DNA of 64,000 nt, taken from positions 11,239 through 75,238 of IMG/VR virus record IMGVR_UViG_3300005613_000041; one strand, given 5' to 3'. Made by a program: the position numbers and the translations under genes. Positions 49,351 through 57,786 of the stretch are shown piece after piece; the first letter of the stretch is position 1; each line of letters opens with the position of its first letter. Origin of the DNA: a virus (lineage: Duplodnaviria; Heunggongvirae; Uroviricota; Caudoviricetes). The notes under the pieces are model-generated. The model had not been told where the DNA came from. It worked only from the letters and a program-made list of their open reading frames with translations, and ran no database searches.

Positions 49351-50151
49351 TTATTTTGATATCATAACAGGAGTATTACCATCAGTAATAATAATTTTAT
49401 CATTATCATTGATAGCATCAATCCATTGAGATGTCAATATCTGAGGTGTCAAACCTTGTGATCTAATTCTATTAGTTTCACGTTCAATCAACGCTTTTTG
49501 TTGTTCCATACGAGCAATCTCCAAATCATTTTCAGCTTTTCTGGCATTCTGAATTGATTCATTTCGTGCTTCAACAGCCTTTTTCATAGAATCAGGAGGA
49601 TTAAGACTTGAAGTTAGAGATAAAAGAACAAATCCTTTTTCTTCAAATTCTTCTTTCAATCTCTTTTCAACTTTTTCTTCATATCCTTGAAGATTTGACA
49701 TCAATTCATCAGTCGTATAAGATCTGGCAATCTCCCTATAAGCGTTAAAAACTACTACATTAAGAATCTTTAGTTCAACCTCATCTAGAGAAATGTGATT
49801 TTCATTACCTGAGATATCCTTAAAATTATACACAATGTGTTTTCCTTTACTTCTTATAGGAGAATATTGATATCTTGGTGAGATTGAAAATTCACCAGCA
49901 TCTTTTGCCAAAATATCTCCATTATCAAATCCTCCAGAAGTTTCCCACATAGGAACCTGATATAGTTTTTCTCCTGTGAATGGATTCAAAGGTACAAGTC
50001 CTTTTACTTCTACTAGGTCTTCAATACCATTTTTACCCCAATTAATCATCTTGACAGCTTCATGATTGGGTTCAACACGTGAACATCCTGTCAAGTTAAT
50101 CATACCAATCATCATGATTGTCAACAGTGCAATACTACGAATAATTTTCAT
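49351..50151 (-). CDS. SPFH/band-7 (prohibitin-like) domain lipoprotein
   Basis: Signal peptide with lipobox 'INLTGC'; central/C-terminal region with SPFH-like segment and Glu/Lys/Arg-rich coiled coil ('ARNESIQNARKAENDLEIARMEQQKALIERE'). Confidence 0.45.
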   Translation of the reverse strand: MKIIRSIALLTIMMIGMINLTGCSRVEPNHEAVKMINWGKNGIEDLVEVKGLVPLNPFTGEKLYQVPMWETSGGFDNGDILAKDAGEFSISPRYQYSPIRSKGKHIVYNFKDISGNENHISLDEVELKILNVVVFNAYREIARSYTTDELMSNLQGYEEKVEKRLKEEFEEKGFVLLSLTSSLNPPDSMKKAVEARNESIQNARKAENDLEIARMEQQKALIERETNRIRSQGLTPQILTSQWIDAINDNDKIIITDGNTPVMISK

Positions 50152-50153
50152 AA

Positions 50154-50351
50154 TTAAATATTTTCTTTTATGATTTTAATAATGTTTTTAAATAATTTCT
50201 CATAAGGAATTCGTATGATAATAATAATATAAATCATCATTAGTATTGATGACCATATCCCTATTATTTCAATCATTGAAATAATAAATGATATTATTGC
50301 AATATTACCTAATACGAGAAGAAAAGCATAAGTTAATTCTCTTCTTATCAT
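50154..50351 (-). CDS. Small hydrophobic membrane protein (65 aa)
   Basis: Almost entirely hydrophobic Ile/Leu-rich ORF. Confidence 0.35.
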   Translation of the reverse strand: MIRRELTYAFLLVLGNIAIISFIISMIEIIGIWSSILMMIYIIIIIRIPYEKLFKNIIKIIKENI

Positions 50352-50372
50352 TGTTTTAAGTTTAATTATTAA

Positions 50373-50858
50373 TTATGACTTGAAAATAAATTCATTCCAA
50401 GAAATCTTACTTTTTACAACGAACAAAGGCTTTTTCGGTTCTTTAAGCAGTCTCATACCTACTTCTTCTGGTGTTCTATTACCTTTACGAGAGTTACAAG
50501 AATGACAAGCTGCTACCATATTTTCCCATGTATTAAGTCCTCCTTTTGACACAGGTACAATATGATCAATAGTTAAATGTTTATCGCTTCCACAATACTG
50601 ACAAAAGCCATCTCTGATTAAGACAGCTTTTTTAGTTGGTATCAATGGTTTATAAGGTACTCGAACAAAAAAATTTAACCTTATTACATCAGGATAAGGA
50701 AAGATGCTTTGTTTAGAATGAATGAGTTTATTTTCTACTTCTTTAATAATAGTAGCTTTACCATTAAATATTAATAACATTGCTTTTTGAACTGATATTA
50801 CATTTAATGGCAAATAACTACTATTTAGAAGTAATACTTCTTTTTGCTTGTTTAACAT
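50373..50858 (-). CDS. HNH endonuclease
   Basis: 'CQYCGSDKHLTIDHIVPVSKGGLNTWENMVAACHSCNSRKG' HNH motif with Zn-binding Cys pairs. Confidence 0.8.
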   Translation of the reverse strand: MLNKQKEVLLLNSSYLPLNVISVQKAMLLIFNGKATIIKEVENKLIHSKQSIFPYPDVIRLNFFVRVPYKPLIPTKKAVLIRDGFCQYCGSDKHLTIDHIVPVSKGGLNTWENMVAACHSCNSRKGNRTPEEVGMRLLKEPKKPLFVVKSKISWNEFIFKS

Positions 50859-50939
50859 TTGATAGTAACTTCTTATGCAACAGGAACAAATACTTTTTCT
50901 TGTTCGACTTTCATTTTTTACTAATATCTAAAGATCGAT

Positions 50940-51311
50940 TTATACCGATATGGTTTCTGATGAAGTCCTTTCATTGAAAGTTTGGAAACTTTTCTTTCCA
51001 TAAACAATTTTCGTATAACGGATAGGAGATAGTTTATTATATTCATTCCAGATTATTGTTCTGTTTTCTTTATTCAAAAAAATAGGATTGTCTTTTAACA
51101 TTTTTGTTAAAGCAATCCTTCTACCATGATATCTTTCGAATTTGTCTTTAGGACCACAGAGAGCTTTGCCCTGAGCAACCAACTTATCTCCTTTCCATAA
51201 ACTCGCTGTTGTTTTAGGACATGTTACCATTTGTCCACTAATCAATATGGATTCAGTATCATATTGAAAAGTTAAATTGTATACTTCTTCATTTAATTTT
51301 ACATCAAACAT
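50940..51311 (-). CDS. Hypothetical protein (123 aa)
   Basis: ORF only. Confidence 0.35.
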   Translation of the reverse strand: MFDVKLNEEVYNLTFQYDTESILISGQMVTCPKTTASLWKGDKLVAQGKALCGPKDKFERYHGRRIALTKMLKDNPIFLNKENRTIIWNEYNKLSPIRYTKIVYGKKSFQTFNERTSSETISV

Positions 51312-51336
51312 AATTTTTCATTATTTAATTTTTTAT

Positions 51337-51861
51337 TTATAAATTTTTATCCAATGTTGTAACATTGGAATTCTTTTTTAGTTCATCAAAGTCAATAGGT
51401 TTATAATTTATATTTTCTACACAAACATTAAAATGTTTTGATCCTGTCTCAAAATCTCGATGACTAGTATTATGTAAATGTCCATGTATATTTACATAAG
51501 GCATATGTTTATCCATAAACAAAGGATGATGTGATAAAATAAAGAATTCATCAACAATAATTGGATAAGGAATAAAATCATAAAATAATTCATTGTAAAA
51601 AGTATTACTAAAATTATCATGATTTCCTTTAATCAGTACAATTTTTCCATTTAATTGTTCTACAATTTCTTTCATTTTATTTTTACTAATAAAAGCAAAA
51701 TCACCAAGATGGAAAATAATATCATCTTGACAAACAACAGAATTCCAATTTTCGATTAATGTTTTTTCCATATGATAAACATTTTCAAAGGGTCTATCAC
51801 AGAAATCAATTATATTTTCGTGACCGAAATGAGTATCTGAAATGATAAATCTTTTAGACAT
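51337..51861 (-). CDS. Calcineurin-like metallophosphoesterase
   Basis: 'ISDTHFGH', 'HLGDF', 'GNHD', 'HGHLH' metallophosphatase motifs. Confidence 0.8.
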   Translation of the reverse strand: MSKRFIISDTHFGHENIIDFCDRPFENVYHMEKTLIENWNSVVCQDDIIFHLGDFAFISKNKMKEIVEQLNGKIVLIKGNHDNFSNTFYNELFYDFIPYPIIVDEFFILSHHPLFMDKHMPYVNIHGHLHNTSHRDFETGSKHFNVCVENINYKPIDFDELKKNSNVTTLDKNL

Positions 51862-52234
51862 CTAAGTCTCCAATTAAAAGTTTTAATGATTTTATTATTG
51901 TTATATCTATTGGATCTGTTGTAATAGGATTCAATATATAAGAAAGAACATTTTCTTTGTAATTAATAACGTTACCTATTAAATCATAAACTGTTGCAGA
52001 TAAAATACTCACTCTTAGATTATCACCAATAGTATCTACTTTAATTTGTAGACTAACAACTGCTTCTGATTTTTTACTATAAAGAATTATGTTTAAATCA
52101 CTATCGGTTGTGGTAATTTTTGAATTGTTAATGTTCAAAAACAGTGCTTCATTGGAAGTTTCATAAATTAGAATTTCGTGAGCACAAAGACTGGTAGGTA
52201 GTAGTAACATGACTACTAAAAGTAAATTTCTCAT
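51854..52234 (-). CDS. Secreted hypothetical protein (126 aa) with signal peptide
   Basis: 'MRNLLLVVMLLLPTSLCAH' signal peptide. Confidence 0.4.
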   Translation of the reverse strand: MRNLLLVVMLLLPTSLCAHEILIYETSNEALFLNINNSKITTTDSDLNIILYSKKSEAVVSLQIKVDTIGDNLRVSILSATVYDLIGNVINYKENVLSYILNPITTDPIDITIIKSLKLLIGDLDV

Positions 52235-52341
52235 TACTGTAAGAATTTATTGATTGATTAAGGTAGGAAAGTACCCTCTAAAGGATTCGAACTTACGACT
52301 TTTAAAATAATTTTGATTATTAAGTTCGATTCATTATATTG

Positions 52342-52420
52342 AAGGGCTGACAGGGTTCGAACCTGCATACTCCAATTACTCGATTAATGACTGCTTAGAA
52401 GGCAGTTGAGATACAGCCCC
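52342..52420 (-). tRNA. Atypical tRNA-like gene (79 nt): good acceptor and T-arm, UCU anticodon-like hairpin, no canonical D-arm, 23-nt insert before the T-arm
   Basis: GGGGCUG/CAGCCCU acceptor; GCAGGUUCGAACCCUGU T-arm; ACUGC-CUUCUAA-GCAGU hairpin; possible pseudo-tRNA or tRNA-like RNA. Confidence 0.3.
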
Positions 52421-52444
52421 ATTTAACTATAAATATTTACAGTT

Positions 52445-52945
52445 ATGAATTGTTTAAACTGTGGTCAAGAGACCAGCAATCCTAAATTTTGTTCAAGATC
52501 ATGTTCTGCTACATATACTAATAAGTTAATTCCTAAAAGAAAGACTAAGAAAACTTGTATTATATGTGGCGAACCTGTTATGTCTTATAGACATAATAGA
52601 TGTCAATTACATTGGGATGAATACAAAAATAATAAATATAAAAGTAAGACGATAGGTGAATATAGAAATATGTCTTCAGTTAAAGATAAGCATCTTTCTT
52701 GGATTCATACACACATAAGACAATTTGCTAGATCATGGTTAAAAGAACTAACCAAACTTCCTTGTGCAATTTGTGGATACGATAAACATGTTGAATTAGC
52801 TCATATTAAACCATTATCAAGTTTTTCTGATTCAGAATTACTTTCAGTAGTTAACTCTAAAGACAATGTTATACAGTTATGTAGAAATTGTCATTGGGAA
52901 TTTGATAATGGTTTAATAGAATTGCCTAAGATACTCGAATCTTGA
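52445..52945 (+). CDS. HNH homing-type endonuclease with N-terminal zinc ribbon, opposite strand inside the tRNA array
   Basis: 'CAICGYDKHVELAHIKP...NVIQLCRNCHWEFDNG' HNH motif; N-terminal 'CLNCG...CSRSC'. Confidence 0.8.
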   Translation: MNCLNCGQETSNPKFCSRSCSATYTNKLIPKRKTKKTCIICGEPVMSYRHNRCQLHWDEYKNNKYKSKTIGEYRNMSSVKDKHLSWIHTHIRQFARSWLKELTKLPCAICGYDKHVELAHIKPLSSFSDSELLSVVNSKDNVIQLCRNCHWEFDNGLIELPKILES

Positions 52946-53018
52946 ACCCACTGATCAAAAAGGCTAGGGCTTTATCCATTAAGCTAAGAGGGCATATATT
53001 GCAGTATTTTAAATAGAG

Positions 53019-53092
53019 TACGGATGGTAGGACTTGAACCCACTGTCTCAGAGATATAAGCTCCGTGCATATACCAGTTATGCTTCATCCGC
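53019..53092 (-). tRNA. tRNA-Ile(UAU): tRNA-Ile(UAU)
   Basis: Hand-folded cloverleaf: GCGGAUG acceptor, anticodon loop CUUAUAU, T-arm GUGGGUUCAAGUCCUAC. Confidence 0.7.
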
Positions 53093-53287
53093 ATCAAATT
53101 AATTTATCATGAAGTATTCTTCTAATAGATCTTGAAAATTATCAAAGAATTCAAGTCTCCTTATTCTGGGATTTACAAGTGTGACTTTTTATCCAAATGA
53201 TTATATAAAAACTAACAATACTACTTAAAATTATGTTTAACATTTCAGAGGTTTCATACATAATATCATGATTTGATTATTAAAATG

Positions 53288-53360
53288 TGGAACAGACAGG
53301 AATCGAACCTGTGACCACTAGATTTTCAGTCTAGCACTCTACCAACTGAGTTACTGTTCC
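53288..53360 (-). tRNA. tRNA-Phe(GAA): tRNA-Phe(GAA)
   Basis: GGAACAG acceptor, D-arm ACUCAGUUGGUAGAGU, anticodon loop CUGAAAA, T-arm ACAGGUUCGAUUCCUGU. Confidence 0.8.
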
Positions 53361-53365
53361 TTTTG

Positions 53366-53450
53366 CGGAGATAGTAGGATTCGAACCTACACAAGATATT
53401 AACTCGATAGTTTAGCAAACTATTGTGGCTACCAATTTCACCATATCTCC
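53366..53450 (-). tRNA. tRNA-Ser(GCU): tRNA-Ser(GCU), type II
   Basis: GGAGAUA acceptor, anticodon loop UUGCUAA, long variable arm, T-arm GUAGGUUCGAAUCCUAC. Confidence 0.75.
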
Positions 53451-53462
53451 AACATTAGATAG

Positions 53463-53536
53463 TGTACCGAGTGAGATTCGAACTCACGATCCTCAGATTA
53501 AAAGTCTGATGCTTTAGCCTACTAAGCTACCGATAC
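53463..53536 (-). tRNA. tRNA-Lys(UUU): tRNA-Lys(UUU)
   Basis: D-arm GCUUAGUAGGCUAAAGC, anticodon loop CUUUUAA, T-arm GUGAGUUCGAAUCUCAC. Confidence 0.8.
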
Positions 53537-53563
53537 ATAAAAAAAGAAAAATAAATAATTTTT

Positions 53564-53785
53564 TTATACTTCAATTCCTCCTCTATAATACCATTTCATA
53601 AAATTTGGATCATTTAATTTTTCAATTGGATAATCTGTACAAAATTTACCATTAAAATATCTATGTGCTTTATCTCTACAATCATTCCAATTTTCACCTT
53701 CGATAATTGCGAGACAATTATGATCAAATGTTTTATCATTTATATAATGAACATGATCTTGACCAAAACTTATTAGTATTTTCAT
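53564..53785 (-). CDS. Hypothetical small protein (73 aa)
   Basis: ORF between tRNA genes. Confidence 0.3.
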   Translation of the reverse strand: MKILISFGQDHVHYINDKTFDHNCLAIIEGENWNDCRDKAHRYFNGKFCTDYPIEKLNDPNFMKWYYRGGIEV

Positions 53786-53811
53786 ATTTTAATTATTTTA
53801 TTTTTTTTGAG

Positions 53812-53884
53812 CACGTGCTGTAAGAATCGAACTTACCCAACAAGTTTTGGAGACTCGTTCGCCAGCCTTGGAACATGAGCACGT
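53812..53884 (-). tRNA. tRNA-Trp(CCA): tRNA-Trp(CCA) (slightly irregular D-stem)
   Basis: ACGUGCU/AGCACGU acceptor, anticodon loop CUCCAAA, T-arm GUAAGUUCGAUUCUUAC. Confidence 0.6.
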
Positions 53885-53944
53885 ATTTACTGGGCTTCCT
53901 ATAACTCACCAATTCAATATACAAAAAGTTTGATAACAAAAAAA

Positions 53945-54403
53945 TTATTTTTCTACTTTACCAAAAATAATTTCAAGGAGCTTCTTCTTTATCACAACAT
54001 TTGGGATTCTAAGTGTTCTTGGGTCATCAAATCCCATAATGGTTCCCACCTCGCAAACGGCTCCTGAACGACTTACCCCAGCTGCACAATGAACAATTAC
54101 GTTCCAGTTGTTTGAGTAAGCCTTCTGAAGAACCGATACTATATCTACAGCGTCCTTATGATCGATACAATCCTCGGAATATGTATCATCGATCAGGTAT
54201 CGATGGACCTCATGGAATTCGTATGGTGATACTGGAAATTCTACAAAACTCCCACTAAACCCGAAATCATCCCTTTCTTTGGAAAGTATCTGAATTGCTA
54301 TGGCATTCTCACCAGGATCTCGATGTGATCCCTCGACAAAAGCCATATATGATACGTTTTGAATGAATGCCATTAAAAGTTCTTCTCTCGACCTTTCACC
54401 CAC
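53945..54403 (-). CDS. Dual-specificity (Cys-based) protein phosphatase
   Basis: 'VIVHCAAGVSRSGA' HCx5R P-loop signature; higher local GC. Confidence 0.65.
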   Translation of the reverse strand: MGERSREELLMAFIQNVSYMAFVEGSHRDPGENAIAIQILSKERDDFGFSGSFVEFPVSPYEFHEVHRYLIDDTYSEDCIDHKDAVDIVSVLQKAYSNNWNVIVHCAAGVSRSGAVCEVGTIMGFDDPRTLRIPNVVIKKKLLEIIFGKVEK

Positions 54404-54583
54404 CCAGTCGGTATAGGATCAGTCTTTTTTATCCTTCTGTTCTTTTTCTCTTCGACGTTGGTTATCCACATTGTTCCTTTATTGACGTGTTCCAACTCCT
54501 TCGACAAATATCTTGGATCGTTGACAGAAACCTGCATAGTTTTGCCATTCTCGTCCTTTACAGTAACAGTTCCTTTAGTTTAG

Positions 54584-54655
54584 TACTCTCCAGAGGAATC
54601 GAACCCCTATGAACCGGGTAGAAGCCGGTGACATTATCCGTTATGCTAGGAGAGC
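54584..54655 (-). tRNA. tRNA-Arg(UCU): tRNA-Arg(UCU)
   Basis: GCUCUCC acceptor, anticodon arm ACCGG-CUUCUAC-CCGGU, T-arm AGGGGUUCGAUUCCUCU. Confidence 0.75.
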
Positions 54656-54676
54656 ATTTGATACATCCGCATTGAT

Positions 54677-54910
54677 TTATCTTGGGATTATAAATGAATC
54701 TTTAATAAAGGTTGTTAGAATGTGTCCACAATCAATAACCCCTCTTTCCCACCCACTATAAAATGGATCATTTGGTTCATCAGGATCTCTTGTCTCTGCA
54801 TCACATTCGTGTAACCTCTTCTTAGCAAGCTTTATCGTCTCATCAAGAAAATCCTCATGAGACAGATTTTTCTCTTTGGCAAGCGCCAGTAACATAGCCC
54901 TATCCGTCAT
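54677..54910 (-). CDS. Hypothetical protein (77 aa)
   Basis: ORF only. Confidence 0.3.
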   Translation of the reverse strand: MTDRAMLLALAKEKNLSHEDFLDETIKLAKKRLHECDAETRDPDEPNDPFYSGWERGVIDCGHILTTFIKDSFIIPR

Positions 54911-54967
54911 ACCTCCTCCAGCATTTTTCTGAGTTCGTCCAGTATAATCTCGGTTGTCTTTGTTTTG

Positions 54968-55052
54968 CGGGAGGAGTAGGATTCGAACCCACGGAACCTT
55001 TCGGCCCTCTGGTTTTCAAAACCAGCGCATTAGTCCACTCTGCCATCCTCCC
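54968..55052 (-). tRNA. tRNA-Ser(UGA): tRNA-Ser(UGA), type II
   Basis: GGGAGGA acceptor, anticodon loop UUUGAAA, long variable arm AGGGCCGAAAGGUUCC, T-arm GUGGGUUCGAAUCCUAC. Confidence 0.75.
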
Positions 55053-55083
55053 AAGTTTAAAATACAATACTCACATTAGAATG

Positions 55084-55158
55084 TACTACCACTTGGAATT
55101 GAACCAAGAACCTCTTGTGTATCAGACAAGTGCTCTAACCAGATTGAGCTATGGTAGT
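55084..55158 (-). tRNA. tRNA-Ile(GAU): tRNA-Ile(GAU)
   Basis: ACUACCA/UGGUAGU acceptor, D-arm GCUCAAUCUGGUUAGAGC, anticodon loop CUGAUAC. Confidence 0.8.
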
Positions 55159-55410
55159 ATTTTTAAAACTATTTTTTGTTTTGTGTTTTATTAAAGCACA
55201 AATGATACCTTTGTCAAAATCACTAGGTTCATCAAAACCCAATGATTCAATTTCAAGTCTTTTAATACAATCATCACCAAACAAAGATATTTCTTTCATA
55301 GCATAATCATAACCTTGTTCTTTTAATGTTTTATTTACATTAAACCAAGATTTTATTAAGTTTTTAAATTTTTCATGAATATAACAATCTGATTACTAAA
55401 ATTTTCAAAA

Positions 55411-55773
55411 TTAAATTAAAAGTAATGCTTCGTGTAGACCTTTTTCAAGTGCTTCTTCATAAGTACCAATAATACGATTTTTACTTGTAAATTCGACAAA
55501 TGGATCAATTGTTTTATAAACAGCATAATTTTGTATATTAGGATAATGAGTTATAACACTAATACTAATATTATACTCCTCTCTTAACCATTTTTGTAAT
55601 AACGATTGAGTTGGTGCTGAATACCAATATTTAGGTTTTGTTGGATGAAGACTTGGAAAATCAATATCATTTAATAACTCTCCTAAAATATTGTAATATG
55701 AAGCAAACTCAGTATTAAATCCCTTTTCTTTAGCTAATATAGCTATTTCAAATGAGATAATTTGTTCTTGCAT
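55411..55773 (-). CDS. Hypothetical protein (120 aa)
   Basis: ORF only. Confidence 0.35.
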   Translation of the reverse strand: MQEQIISFEIAILAKEKGFNTEFASYYNILGELLNDIDFPSLHPTKPKYWYSAPTQSLLQKWLREEYNISISVITHYPNIQNYAVYKTIDPFVEFTSKNRIIGTYEEALEKGLHEALLLI

Positions 55774-55815
55774 AATAATGATTTATTTAATGTTATTTTA
55801 AATTAGATAAATGTG

Positions 55816-55887
55816 TTCAGGAAGTAGGGTTCGAACCTACGAATGTCAGGTCCAAAACCTGATGCCTTACCGCTTGGCTATTCCTGA
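55816..55887 (-). tRNA. tRNA-Gln(UUG): tRNA-Gln(UUG)
   Basis: UCAGGAA/UUCCUGA acceptor, anticodon loop UUUUGGA, T-arm GUAGGUUCGAACCCUAC. Confidence 0.75.
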
Positions 55888-55900
55888 ATTATTGTGATAG

Positions 55901-55974
55901 ATCCACCTGAGAGACTCGAACTCTCAACTTACTGATTACAAGTCAGTTACTCTAGCCAATTGAGTTAAGGTGGA
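55901..55974 (-). tRNA. tRNA-Thr(UGU): tRNA-Thr(UGU)
   Basis: D-arm ACUCAAUUGGCUAGAGU, anticodon loop CUUGUAA, T-arm GAGAGUUCGAGUCUCUC. Confidence 0.75.
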
Positions 55975-56030
55975 ATAAACAAAACTTCTATTATTGTCAA
56001 AATTATATGTTCCTCGAACAAAACCTAAAG

Positions 56031-56117
56031 CGGAAGTGTAGAGACTCGAACTCTAAAAACGCTGTTAACGTCCTACTTGTTTTCAAGACAAGCTCCTCAT
56101 CCAGCCGGATCACTTCC
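56031..56117 (-). tRNA. Type II tRNA with anticodon UGA (second Ser(UGA)-like gene; D-arm irregular)
   Basis: GGAAGUG/CACUUCC acceptor, anticodon arm CUUGU-CUUGAAA-ACAAG, variable stem ACGUU-AAC-AGCGU, T-arm UAGAGUUCGAGUCUCUA. Confidence 0.55.
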
Positions 56118-56124
56118 TTAAAAC

Positions 56125-56236
56125 AAATCACATTTTTAGCGCTCTACCAACTGAGCTAATTATGAATTAACATAATAATGGATTTGAACCATTGACCTCT
56201 CCAATGAAATTGGAAAATATTTGCTGTATGTGATTT
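56125..56236 (-). ncRNA. Y RNA-like (YrlA-like) structured RNA element E1: closing stem AAAUCACAU/AUGUGAUUU, conserved UACAGCAAAUAUU, internal tRNA-like module
   Basis: Covarying terminal stem shared with five other copies; interior has CCAAU-UUC-AUUGG hairpin, AAUGGUUCAAAUCCAUU T-arm, AUUAUG-UUAAUU-CAUAAU closed acceptor-like hairpin and GCUCAGUUGGUAGAGC D-arm. Confidence 0.5.
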
Positions 56237-56252
56237 TATAAAAATTAAATAG

Positions 56253-56337
56253 TACCTCTAGAGAGACTCGAACTCTCAATTCCTTTTGGGAATGTAGTTC
56301 CTAAGACTACCGCGTTTGCCAATTTCGCCATAGAGGT
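56253..56337 (-). tRNA. tRNA-Leu(UAG): tRNA-Leu(UAG), type II
   Basis: ACCUCUA/UAGAGGU acceptor, D-arm GCGAAAUUGGCAAACGC, anticodon loop CUUAGGA, long variable arm, T-arm GAGAGUUCGAGUCUCUC. Confidence 0.75.
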
Positions 56338-56344
56338 ATATTAC

Positions 56345-56406
56345 AGATCATTCTTTGTATTTCATCATAAAAAAATAAAATTTTAATATTTGCTGTAAAT
56401 GATCTT
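56345..56406 (-). ncRNA. Short member E2 of the conserved stem-loop family (stem AGAUCAUU/AAUGAUCU; loop starts UACAGCAAAUAUU)
   Basis: Same conserved motif and covarying stem as E1/E3-E6; no internal tRNA-like module. Confidence 0.45.
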
Positions 56407-56419
56407 ATTAAATAATAGG

Positions 56420-56510
56420 AGGGCAGGATCGGATTTGAACCAATAATAGATGTCTGCTGTAAGTAATTTTATAGAACAAATTACTTTCTTTACCATTTGA
56501 ATACCTGCCC
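56420..56510 (-). tRNA. Atypical tRNA-like gene (91 nt): canonical acceptor, D-arm and T-arm; 8-bp hairpin (UCU-containing loop) plus ~20-nt insert in place of a normal anticodon/variable region
   Basis: GGGCAGG/CCUGCCC acceptor; D-arm UUCAAAUGGUAAAGAA; T-arm AUUGGUUCAAAUCCGAU; internal AGUAAUUU-GUUCUAUA-AAAUUACU; contains UUACAGCAGAC, resembling the family motif. Confidence 0.35.
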
Positions 56511-56524
56511 ATATAATAAATTAG

Positions 56525-56600
56525 TAGGGATGACGGGATTTGAACCCGTGTGATCTAGTTCCCAAAACTAGCGAGATAAACCAGACTCCTCTACATCCCT
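56525..56600 (-). tRNA. tRNA-Pro(UGG): tRNA-Pro(UGG)
   Basis: AGGGAUG/CAUCCCU acceptor, anticodon arm CUAGU-UUUGGGA-ACUAG, T-arm ACGGGUUCAAAUCCCGU. Confidence 0.7.
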
Positions 56601-56756
56601 ATCTTATCATTATTGTTTATGATTCATGAAAAAATGATTTCTTATGTCATTTCTCATGTCATTATACTTTACATACAATGAGTCATCGATCGTCAAAACT
56701 ACAAGAGTTCCAACAATCCCAATAACTGCTCCAATAAACATCATAATTAATATATT

Positions 56757-57113
56757 TTAGTTAAAAGAATATTTTCTTGCATCAATCATTTGAATTCCGT
56801 ATTCACAAATAGGAAAATCTGAATTAATTATTTCATTAAATCGCTTTTGTGCTTCCTCAAAAGCTTCTTTCTGAGAATAATAAACCTTAGATTTTCCCCA
56901 AACATCATACATATATTTTCCAAGCATATATAATTGGTTTTCCTCACACCATCTAAAATTATCTATAGCTTGTGTATGTGCTACCCGATATGCAATAATT
57001 CCATCTTTCACACTATGAATTTCACCATACTCATCATTAAAAGCATTATAATACCATTCAACTTTATAATTATCCTTAGTTTTCAATATGTAAATTCCAT
57101 TATCTGCTGACAT
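56757..57113 (-). CDS. Hypothetical protein (118 aa)
   Basis: ORF only. Confidence 0.35.
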   Translation of the reverse strand: MSADNGIYILKTKDNYKVEWYYNAFNDEYGEIHSVKDGIIAYRVAHTQAIDNFRWCEENQLYMLGKYMYDVWGKSKVYYSQKEAFEEAQKRFNEIINSDFPICEYGIQMIDARKYSFN

Positions 57114-57117
57114 TTGA

Positions 57118-57420
57118 TTATTCCTTAATTATTTCATATTGAATATTATGTTTTTTTAATCCGCTTTCAAAAATGTACATATCATTAGTATATTGAAATA
57201 AATTTTTAAACTTTTTACCCATTTCGATATTATAATGATTTATAATATGTTTCATTATAACTGATAATAGTTGTTCGAGAGTTAATGGATGAATTAATAT
57301 TTTATGTATACCGTCATTACCAATAGAGATTGGTATTTTGTTTTCCAAAAAATCAAACAGATCAGGTAAACGATCTACTTTTGGTCTAGAAATAATCTTG
57401 ATATAATTCATGTTATACAC
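57118..57420 (-). CDS. Hypothetical protein (100 aa)
   Basis: ORF only. Confidence 0.35.
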   Translation of the reverse strand: MYNMNYIKIISRPKVDRLPDLFDFLENKIPISIGNDGIHKILIHPLTLEQLLSVIMKHIINHYNIEMGKKFKNLFQYTNDMYIFESGLKKHNIQYEIIKE

Positions 57421-57437
57421 ATTTAGATTGAAAATAG

Positions 57438-57511
57438 CGGCTTCGAAGGGACTTGAACCCTCGATCTCTAGATTGACAGTCTAGTGCTTTGACCAACTAA
57501 GCTACGAAACC
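57438..57511 (-). tRNA. tRNA-Asp(GUC): tRNA-Asp(GUC)
   Basis: GGUUUCG acceptor, D-arm GCUUAGUUGGUCAAAGC, anticodon loop CUGUCAA, T-arm GAGGGUUCAAGUCCCUU. Confidence 0.75.
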
Positions 57512-57522
57512 ATTTATATTAG

Positions 57523-57596
57523 TGGACACAGGAGGGACTCGAACCCTCAACTACTTGTTTGCAAAACAAGAATTCTACCAATTGAATTACTGGCCC
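57523..57596 (-). tRNA. tRNA-Ala(UGC)-like (acceptor stem has two mismatches; G3:U70 retained)
   Basis: D-arm AUUCAAUUGGUAGAAU, anticodon arm CUUGU-UUUGCAA-ACAAG, T-arm GAGGGUUCGAGUCCCUC; GGGCCAG vs UGUGUCC acceptor pairs imperfectly. Confidence 0.45.
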
Positions 57597-57604
57597 ATTA
57601 GAAC

Positions 57605-57670
57605 AGATCATATTTTAATCACTACTAGTTTTATAGACTGGTTGATTTAATATTTGCTGTGTATGATCTT
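57605..57670 (-). ncRNA. Conserved stem-loop family member E3 (stem AGAUCAUA/UAUGAUCU; loop starts CACAGCAAAUAUU)
   Basis: Same motif family as E1, E2, E4-E6, with a compensatory stem change. Confidence 0.45.
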
Positions 57671-57688
57671 ATTAAATAATAAATAACA

Positions 57689-57777
57689 AAACTTAGAGTG
57701 AGATTTGCACTCACATCGTATTCTTCTTCCCGTAGGGCTGCTTTCTTTACTCTAATTCTAATTAAGCTATCTAAGTT
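57689..57777 (-). tRNA. Atypical tRNA-like gene (89 nt): perfect acceptor AACUUAG/CUAAGUU, T-loop UGCAAAU, unclear anticodon arm
   Basis: Acceptor and T-arm GUGAG-UGCAAAU-CUCAC are convincing; the central region cannot be folded canonically by eye. Confidence 0.3.
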
Positions 57778-57786
57778 TATTATTAG

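Noticed and set aside
52261-52340. Possible additional tRNA at 52265-52340 (two UUCGAA-containing segments)
   Set aside because: No acceptor pairing or cloverleaf could be built. It is AU-rich, degenerate and likely a decayed tRNA remnant.
52941-52994. tRNA 5'-half-like sequence (GCCCUCU-UA-GCUUAAUGGAUAAAGC...) overlapping the 3' end of the plus-strand HNH gene
   Set aside because: No matching 3' acceptor strand or T-arm follows, so it is only a fragment. It is kept as a note under the HNH finding rather than as a gene.
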